In this document: positions 17,363 to 24,948 of the stretch, in pieces | Position numbering within the stretch: the first letter of the stretch is position 1 | Layout: each line of letters opens with the position of its first letter | Assembly: GCA_047495785.1 (NCBI GenBank) | Contig: JBLDXI010000106.1 | Location: forward strand, 1-24,948 | Source: Lepidodermella squamata | Taxonomy: Eukaryota > Animalia > Gastrotricha | Length of the DNA: 24,948 nt | Direction: 5' to 3' | Made by a program: the position numbers and the translations under genes | The notes under the pieces: model-generated | What the model saw: the letters and a program-made list of their open reading frames with translations, nothing else | What the model was told of the DNA's origin: nothing | Database searches by the model: none

Positions 17363-19795
17363 TTGGGATCTGATCATCGGTTAGTCGTTGCTAAGCTAAA
17401 ACTCCCGTATTACAATAGACCCAAAGTAATTAACTCTGGAAAAATTCTGAACAATAACCGTCTACGTGACAGTAATTATCAAACAGTTTTCAATGAAAAA
17501 ATCACTGATCTTCGCAACTCGAAAGTCAGTGATGAAGCATCGACATCTACTAGCCTGAGCGCTCAATACAAAAACATGAAAAACACGCTGCTTTCAGCCA
17601 CTAGAATCGCGTGCGGTGAGCGAGCAAGAACAATTTTCAACCCAAAACCACCCTGGTGGTGCAAACAGGCAGCAGAGGCTGTGAAAACAGCTAAAGCCAG
17701 CTATGCGCAGTACCAGAAATCTCTGATAACTAAGGAAGTGTATAACAAAGTTCGAGACTGGAAGAAAAAATTGCTTGAAAAACTGGAGAAAGATTTCAAC
17801 ATTAGAGAATTACATGATTTGAACGATTTGAACGAAGGAAATGACTGGGAAAATTTACGAAAATTTTGGGCTAAAGTTAAAAAACTACGGAACCAGAAAA
17901 ATGGCGGCGCTCAATTATTACAACCGATAAAGAATAAAGACGGTGAACTAGTCACTGATTTAGATGAAATTCTTGATGCGATGAAGGATTACTTTTCGGA
18001 GCTCCTCGAGGGCTGTGAGATCGACGACTTCATTGCGGAATGCGACGCAAACATTGGCAGCGACGAACCCCCTCCGCCTGATTCGGACGGTATTAGTACT
18101 CAAGAAATCAAATCAGCCTTAAATCATATGAAAAATGGCAAGGCCGCCGGCATCGATGAGGTAACCCCAGAGATGCTGAAAGCCTTGGATGACGCCGGTA
18201 TTGAATGGCTCGCGCAAATTCTAAATCAGGCTTGGTCGACCAAGACCATCCCTGAGGAGTGGTCGACGGCGATCATAGCACCACTATATAAGAATAAGGG
18301 CGAAAAATCAGATTGCAAAAATTATCGCGGAATCAGTTTACTGAGTGTTGTTGGAAAATTATACGCGATCATCCTGGAACGCAAATTGCGAAGTTTAATT
18401 GGCGCTAAAATTTCCAAACGTCAATTTGGCTTTCAACCAAGGAAAGGCTGTAGGGATTGCATTTTTGTGCTTCGAAGACTTATTGAAAAAGTTATTTGCT
18501 GCGGCGGTAAGGAAATGCATTTAGTTTTCATTGACCTGGAGAAGGCCTACGATCTGATCGACCGCGAGAAGGTCTGGGCCGCGCTCGAGGAACTAGGTGT
18601 CGATGCTAACCTTATTGCGGCTGTTAAAAGCTTTTATAAATGTAACAAAGTAGCAGTCAAAATAAATAATCAACTCTCGGACTTCTTTGTGGTGAAGAGG
18701 GGCTTACGGCAAGGCTGTCCCTTGTCTCCGCTACTCTTCATCGCAACGTTCGATAAAATCTGCCGAAAATTGATGGACACCCCAGGTGGCTTCCCTATTA
18801 ATACTGAACAATTTTTGAACCTGATTGCCTTCGCGGATGATGGAACTTTAATAGGTATGAGTCATGAAGAAATTAAATTATTATTGGATGTTTTCAATAA
18901 GGCATGTACGGAGCTAGGCTTGAAAATCAGCATTAGTAAAACACAATACATGGTGATCGGTGAGGATAGAAACTACCAACTTGAATTAGACGGCAAACTT
19001 TTGGAAAAAGTGACGTCTTTCAAATATTTAGGAAGCATCATCACTTCTGACGGGAAAATGGACGAGGAGATCAAGGCACGCATAGCGAAAGCTGGCGGCT
19101 GCTTTGGTGCCCTCAATAAACTTATGTGTAATAGAAAACACGTGAGCTTAGCTACGAAATTGAAAGTCCTTAAATGCGTTGTTATTCCTACCGTCACCTA
19201 TGCATGTGAAACCTGGAACCTGACCACCCAGCAAGAGCAAAGGTTAAATGTCACCTTTATGCGATGGCTTAGAACAATTATGGGTCTGTTTAGGACAGAT
19301 TATATTCCTAATGTTGGTATTAGACTGATCTGCGACGTAATGGAATTGAGTAAATTGATTGAAAAATTTCGTCTGAGATATTTTGGCCATATAATTCGAC
19401 AGGACGAATATGACCCTGAAAGTCTCACGAGTATTATGTATTATTGGAAAGCAGTCGACCCGAGTTGGTACTTGCCTCGCGGCAGGCCGCCAACCCGATG
19501 GTCTGACTGCCTCCGAAGAAGCCTTCTAAAAATCGGAATTTTTTATATACATGAAAAACGTATCAGGGATCCTAATGAACCTAAAAAACGAGGGCGACCC
19601 CGTAAATCAACCTTATTGATGCGACGCATCGAAATTCACAAAATTGCGGATTTAGAATTGGCGGAAGTAACAGCTAGAGACCGGGAAGAATGGCAGCTAC
19701 TATGTAACAGTATAGAAAATTATGAATTCATGGGAAAAAGCAGATTGTTCGCGACTGTTCCTGAAGCTGATCTCTCGTCGTCAGCCGTCCCCTAA
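17363..19795 (+). CDS. LINE ORF2 reverse transcriptase part
   Basis: GSDHRLV (APE end), KAAGID, NYRGISLLS, QFGF, FIDLEKAYD, GLRQGCPLSP, FADD, FKYLGS. It starts at TTG only because of the frameshift. Confidence 0.95.
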   Translation: MGSDHRLVVAKLKLPYYNRPKVINSGKILNNNRLRDSNYQTVFNEKITDLRNSKVSDEASTSTSLSAQYKNMKNTLLSATRIACGERARTIFNPKPPWWCKQAAEAVKTAKASYAQYQKSLITKEVYNKVRDWKKKLLEKLEKDFNIRELHDLNDLNEGNDWENLRKFWAKVKKLRNQKNGGAQLLQPIKNKDGELVTDLDEILDAMKDYFSELLEGCEIDDFIAECDANIGSDEPPPPDSDGISTQEIKSALNHMKNGKAAGIDEVTPEMLKALDDAGIEWLAQILNQAWSTKTIPEEWSTAIIAPLYKNKGEKSDCKNYRGISLLSVVGKLYAIILERKLRSLIGAKISKRQFGFQPRKGCRDCIFVLRRLIEKVICCGGKEMHLVFIDLEKAYDLIDREKVWAALEELGVDANLIAAVKSFYKCNKVAVKINNQLSDFFVVKRGLRQGCPLSPLLFIATFDKICRKLMDTPGGFPINTEQFLNLIAFADDGTLIGMSHEEIKLLLDVFNKACTELGLKISISKTQYMVIGEDRNYQLELDGKLLEKVTSFKYLGSIITSDGKMDEEIKARIAKAGGCFGALNKLMCNRKHVSLATKLKVLKCVVIPTVTYACETWNLTTQQEQRLNVTFMRWLRTIMGLFRTDYIPNVGIRLICDVMELSKLIEKFRLRYFGHIIRQDEYDPESLTSIMYYWKAVDPSWYLPRGRPPTRWSDCLRRSLLKIGIFYIHEKRIRDPNEPKKRGRPRKSTLLMRRIEIHKIADLELAEVTARDREEWQLLCNSIENYEFMGKSRLFATVPEADLSSSAVP

Positions 19796-19867
19796 ACCCT
19801 CACGGGTAAGGCTTGTATATATATATTATTACCATCACTTTTAGCCGAAGGTGGACGTAAAATAAAA

Positions 19868-19902
19868 CATTTTCATTTGTTCATTTCATTTGTTCATTTC
19901 AT
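19868..19902 (+). repeat. LINE 3' tandem tail (CATTT/CATTTGTT units); mirror at 10292-10326
   Basis: cattttcatttgttcatttcatttgttcatttcat directly after AATAAA. Confidence 0.75.
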
Positions 19903-20613
19903 GAAGGAAATATCGGCAATATAAAAATCACCTGATTTGTTTACTTTTACAACCACTCGATGCTGATTCATCACAACATCTGGTGCCCATGGTGGTTTCA
20001 GGCTTAGTTAGGAGTAGGACCTCTATCTTGAAACTAGCTCTATGATAGGATCCGAAGTGGATTAGCTAAATTCAAGGCAGGATTTGAAATTTTCTTTTTC
20101 CAGCGGAGATTTCAGCGCGTAAAAATATTAGGTGCGTTTCTTTTTATTCTCTTTTTCTAAATATGCTAATCACAATTGTTTTTAATTTATTTGATGGCTA
20201 ATGAAACGGATGCCATTGTCACTGGGCACATCGGAGGCACTTCGGAGAGCAGTTTTTGGGCTCTCTAATATCGACGGCCAGTGCACACTGTTTTTCTCGT
20301 TAACATAGCCTGAAGTCGGGAAATAGCATTCATTGCTGGAGATCTGGAATGAAAATTAGGGCATTATATTTGATAACCATTTTTCGCAAATTTCGAAATA
20401 TGTTCGAAATGCGTTCGCAAACTACAGGGAGTCCGTGAAGTCCTGTCACAGGATTGGGTATGGATAGAAGATTGAACTCGCGATCTCCAAGCAATAGAGG
20501 GTCGAAAACTTGACAACTTCGAAAAGAAATTTTTCCAAAACTCCTTAAGTTTATTCGTTCCTTGTTCATCCCTAATAATCTGACTTTGACTCTCATTCCT
20601 CGGAAGCAATATT

Positions 20614-21371
20614 TACCGTACTGCCTGAAATGTTGGGCCTGTCCTATATTTGTTTCAAACCAACACGGAACCCCGTCTTATATTTGAGACCGCTCTTTAT
20701 TTGAGGCCTGACCTTTATTTTTTCGAACCCTCTTTTCAACACATAGTGAATTGTCAAAATTAATCATTTTGTTCATCGGCAAGTAAAACTTCATCCTCCT
20801 CGTCATCATCACCTTCAGGAGACTCGCAGTCGTTTTTCTTGCCCTCCTCTTCATCATCCGCAACAGTTTGGCTTGTTGGCAGAGCTTTCGTCGACTTCAG
20901 TAAATCATAGGCACCCCGACATGGCTTTCCTGGTTTGAGACAGGATATCAGGTCATCTTCCGAGCCATCTAGAGCGACCGTAACACCACATTGCTTGAAG
21001 GAATCCTCGATTAGCTCCAACTTAATTGACCTCCAAGCTTCAAGGATCCACGAGCAGACCACCTCGTAACTGGGGGCCCTCATATTCCCACCTTTTGTGA
21101 AAGAATGCTGACTCGAGTCGGCCAAGTACTCATCGTACAGCTCGACCAACTTCCTCTTGAATTCACGATTCCATACAACATCCGGGGCTTGCAAATATTT
21201 AGTAGTCCCTCCCGGTATCACGGCGATGTCTAGGCCATAGCGACTAAGTTCTTTTTTCGTATTTTTACTTATGTGAGCGCGAAAACTGTCCCAGCACAAC
21301 AGGCGACGGCGGCCAAACATCGTACTACCGAAGACGCGACGCAAGTAACTGGCAGTAAGTTCATCGTCCAT
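20614..21371 (-). mobile_element. Mirror copy of the truncated pogo-like transposon
   Basis: Reverse complement of 8823-9580. Confidence 0.8.
20760..21371 (-). pseudogene. pogo-family DDE_1 transposase fragment (mirror copy)
   Basis: Translation identical to 8823-9434. Confidence 0.88.
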
Positions 21372-21504
21372 AGTCGTTTATATACGGTTTTTAATCTTAT
21401 AATATAATAATTATATGATGTTATTGTGGTAAAACTGTCAAACATCCTCTGCTGTCAATCTGTTAGCTAATCAGCAATCCACAATCAGCTCACGCGACAC
21501 AATC

Positions 21505-23113
21505 CTAGCCATCGACCTTAGCGCAGGTGTACTCGTATCGGTGAGTGATGTGACTAGTGCGCACCAGTTGGAACTGTTGCAGCAACTTACCATCGGGACA
21601 GGTCGGGCGTTGGCCGACGAGGGGGAATGTTTTGCCCTGGGCATCATCGACGAAATCATCGGTCGCATGTTTAGTAGTGATGAGCGTACCCCAGACCTAA
21701 AAAAATCTTTGTAAAGTATCAGCGGTTGGATCTTTGGAATTCGCACCGAGCAGCAAGCGTAGGAGTAGCCAATTCTACCTTCAGAAATCATGCGGTCCAT
21801 ACCCAGTAACACTTTCTGCAGGACCTGGTTAGCATTGCATTTGACATTTTGTCTGTCAAGGAAATCGGTGTTGCCGTAGTACCCGAAAGTATAATCGTTC
21901 TCCACGTAGATGCACGACGCAACGAGAGAAGGAGCAGCACAGCACGTGTACGTGTACTGGGCGGAGGTTCCATTAGGCCTGGTCAGTCCGAATGAAGTCA
22001 GGTAATTTTTGTCGCCACAATCCAGCATGACAGGAGGATATGTGAAGCTGTACACGTTCCCGTTGGGATCATTGACCAACTGGGCTTTCAGGATGGCACC
22101 GGAGCACTGCTCATACCACTTGGGAGCTACAGTAAAGCAATGTTATTGACGTTTTAACCGCTGCTTCGCAACTTACGGCGAGGGATGAAACCAACGCAGG
22201 TGTATTCGAAGCGTATCATGCCCTGAGTTACATCGCGTTGCAAGTGCCACCTCTGCAGCAGCTCGCCATCCGCGCATGTCAGATTGTGACGGCCAAACGA
22301 CGTCGTTCTGTTACTTGCCGTGTCGTAAGTGGTTGTCAGCGCCCTTTTGTTAAGATCATATGGGGCAAAAATCTGGCCAAAAAGGAAAAATACATGAGAG
22401 GGTGCAGATCAGTGATATGAACGTTGGTACGAGAGTGGCTAGTGCCCAATAGACTTGGGTAAATTTTATAAACAGGCTGAAGGCTACCATTGCGAGATGT
22501 CCTAGTAGACAACGGAGGGGCCGCTTCAAACGGTTGCCTGCTAACTGTTACTGTCCTCTTTAAATTCCCGCGAAAAAGGGAACATGTAGATGAGCACAAA
22601 GGTTCAGGCGTCATGACCTGGCTACTAACCTCGCAGCAAGTGTAGCTGTATCTGATTTGAGTCCACCATGCGGACAGGGAGAAGCCTTTAAGAACTTCAT
22701 TGGCGTTGCAGTTGATATCCTGCTTCTCCAGTGAGACGATACCAAAGCTATTGCTTTCAGTGAGGTCATTGGCAACCTGCCTGCACGTTTTGACTATCGG
22801 GGCCTTGCAGCACTTGTATTCATACTGAGCCGACCAGCCAGACGAAGACGGAGTGAACTTGGTCCTCCACGACGCCAGGTAGCTGCCGTTGGGGCAGTTG
22901 ACATAACGATTGTTGAAATCGTATAGCATGCCATCGGTGTAGAACGCGTCGGTGGTGCTCACTCCAGTGGAGCAATCGACAGGCTTCGCAGGGCTAACCG
23001 TAGTTTCTGAAGAGAAGAATGCAACATGGGCTAATATTGGATTCAAGGCTCGGTATCTTACGGCAAAAGGCAATGCTGAAAATCGCCGCGATAACAGCCA
23101 GTCCGAAACTCAT
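21505..23113 (-). CDS. Gene B': inverted copy of gene B (exons 23113-23062, 23006-22630, 22372-22177, 22126-21747, 21696-21505)
   Basis: Reverse complement of 7081-8689. Confidence 0.88.
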
Positions 23114-24948
23114 CTTACGGAAAGTTTGCAATCGGCAGTTGAATTTGCAAGGCAAAAATAGGTGAATGACTAAATGACACTGCTGCCGGTTGAGCTTCTT
23201 GCGGATGTTTATGGACGGTATTATCTTAAACTCAACGACAACTGAGCACACTTTCCGACGGAAAGAGCGCGGTTGCGGGGGCAGAGAGGCAGCAATTTTT
23301 GCTGGCACCAATACCTAGTAAAATATATACCTAGTGTAAAAATACATTTTATTATTTTAAACAAATATGTTTAACAATTATTATTCGCATCTCAACTTCG
23401 GCATTACTGTAAAGGTCGCCCTTTGGCAGCGCAGCGCGAATTGGACGAAATTTACGAGTGTAAAGCGGCGCTACGGCAAGGCATGGCCTCATTTATTGTC
23501 CAATGGCTTTTATTCTCGTGGAGCAGTTTCACAGTTTGCGAGTGGAATCGCGAAATTTATCGCGATTAACAATGAGCTGCGCTAATGCGATTGATCAGCT
23601 ATGCCTCTTAATGATGTTATTCTAGATATTAGTCAGCAAGCCAATATGAAATATCGTTTATTTCTGATTAATTTAATATGATCCGAAAAAATTAAAAATG
23701 TTATCTTGTCCCGTAGATATTGACTGCATGAAAAAAGTCATTGCATTCAGCGAATCAGCAAGAGAAGGTTGGATCCTCCATCCAAAGATCCGAAAAATCA
23801 GTCGAAAAAGCATCGAAAAAGAATCATGCACCCCCAATAATAATCATAGCAACATGAGGACGAAAAGACTAAATCAGCTGTGGCTTAGTACAAAACGCTC
23901 GAAATGTTATTTTGATATCGGTTTAGGTTTAGACTTGAAAATAGTTAAAATAAGAAAAATCTTGAGCTTTTAGTATGGTTAAGCTCCACTCAGTACAAAA
24001 ACGTCATGCGAAACGCCAGCAGCACATTGTCCCTATCCAGCAACCCACCGCAAAAGTGCGGGATGAACTGCGGGATAGCGATAAGCGGTAAGCGATAGCG
24101 CAGTAACCATTCAGTTTCCATGGGAGAACTTGGCAATCAGCGAAATAGAATCTGAACCGCGGCAGCGTTCTCGTTCAGCGGCCGCTTTCAGTAAGTATAG
24201 AATTGCGAGGGCTACCCGCTGTTACAAGATTTAACAATCGGTGATAATTGATTCGCCTTGCAATCGATTTCAAAAGCCGATTTCGACACGATCGGCTGCG
24301 TTATATTGTTCAACGGCCGCTTACAGTTATCGATAAAGTAATCATATTTCAGCACGAATCGAATCTTCTGAGTGTTGATAGAGGACTTCTTTTTTTCCTC
24401 CACTATAACCTTGGAGGTACTGCATCCACAAGTTTCTGACAATCGCTGGTCGCTGGGGTTGATTCTCTGAGGTTGCATGTCAGCACAGTGAAAGATGTAG
24501 AGAAGCGAGCTCAAAGAAATTCCCGAGTGAAGCCGCATTTGATTTCCTGGGGCTCGCTCAGTTCATCGCCGACGCGAACTTGAAAGCTTTTGTCGCTTAG
24601 AAAGTTTGCCAAACTTGCGATACAAGCACAGGAATAAACTCTCAGCGCCCTCTGGTCTGACAATTTATACCATCTAAATATAATATATACTAATGCTAGA
24701 TACTAAATACTAATGTCTCAATTCAGTCCGGCGTGTGGCGCGTGGCGCCTAAGTACCTACGTGGCAGCAAGTATAGTTATATTTGATCGAATAATTTGCA
24801 TAGCTTTGTTGGAAGCCATCGTCACGTTGCGTATGAAAGGGGCGCCATTTTATTATTATTACGACAATTAAATATAAAGACCGATTATGTCCCAAATTTT
24901 ATAGCACTTTACTCCTCTCGCAATGACCTATCCAATGATGCATGTGGT

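Larger units (their letters stand above)
15600..19902 (+). mobile_element. Non-LTR retrotransposon (LINE), RTE/RTEX-like; 5' boundary approximate
   Basis: ORF1 with CCHC knuckle, then APE and RT. RTE-type C-terminus RLRYFGHIIR...PRGRPPTRWSD...ARDREEW. Short 3' UTR with AATAAA (19861) and a CATTT(GTT) tandem tail. No TSD identified. Confidence 0.92.
16513..24948. repeat. Right arm of giant inverted duplication (runs off the window end)
   Basis: Reverse complement of 5246-13681 apart from the block at 20500-20511. Confidence 0.98.

Noticed and set aside
17363-19795. Retron, group II intron, DGR or other prokaryotic RT system
   Set aside because: The APE domain, CCHC ORF1, RTE-type C-terminus and tandem-repeat tail identify a eukaryotic LINE.
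5246-24948. Arms as TIRs of one giant transposon, or two independent LINE insertions
   Set aside because: The arms include host genes and unrelated elements, share the same LINE 3' flank and frameshift, and end inside the LINE.

Overview
Eukaryotic (probably invertebrate) genomic DNA: spliceosomal GT-AG introns of about 50 bp and transposon debris. The main structure is a giant inverted duplication. Positions 5246-13681 are the reverse complement of 16513-24948 (x pairs with 30194-x), around a 2.83-kb spacer. The right arm runs off the window end. The only difference I found between the arms is one 12-bp block (9683-9694 vs 20500-20511). The window holds a tandem family of 5-exon genes for secreted ~400-aa proteins built from six Cys-rich repeats: the last codons of a paralog at 1-20, gene A at 1941-3913, gene B at 7081-8689 and its mirror B' at 21505-23113. 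It also holds an RTE/RTEX-like LINE (CCHC ORF1 plus APE-RT ORF2, with a frameshift and an inserted AT-hook) and its truncated mirror, a 5'-truncated pogo-type DDE transposon and its mirror, a pogo/Tc2-like MITE, a 143-bp hAT-like MITE with an 8-bp TSD, and a 590-bp foldback element with two outward-facing tRNA-like Pol III units inside a 3' UTR. Most short ORFs in the track are shadows of these features. All comparisons were made by eye; no searches were run.
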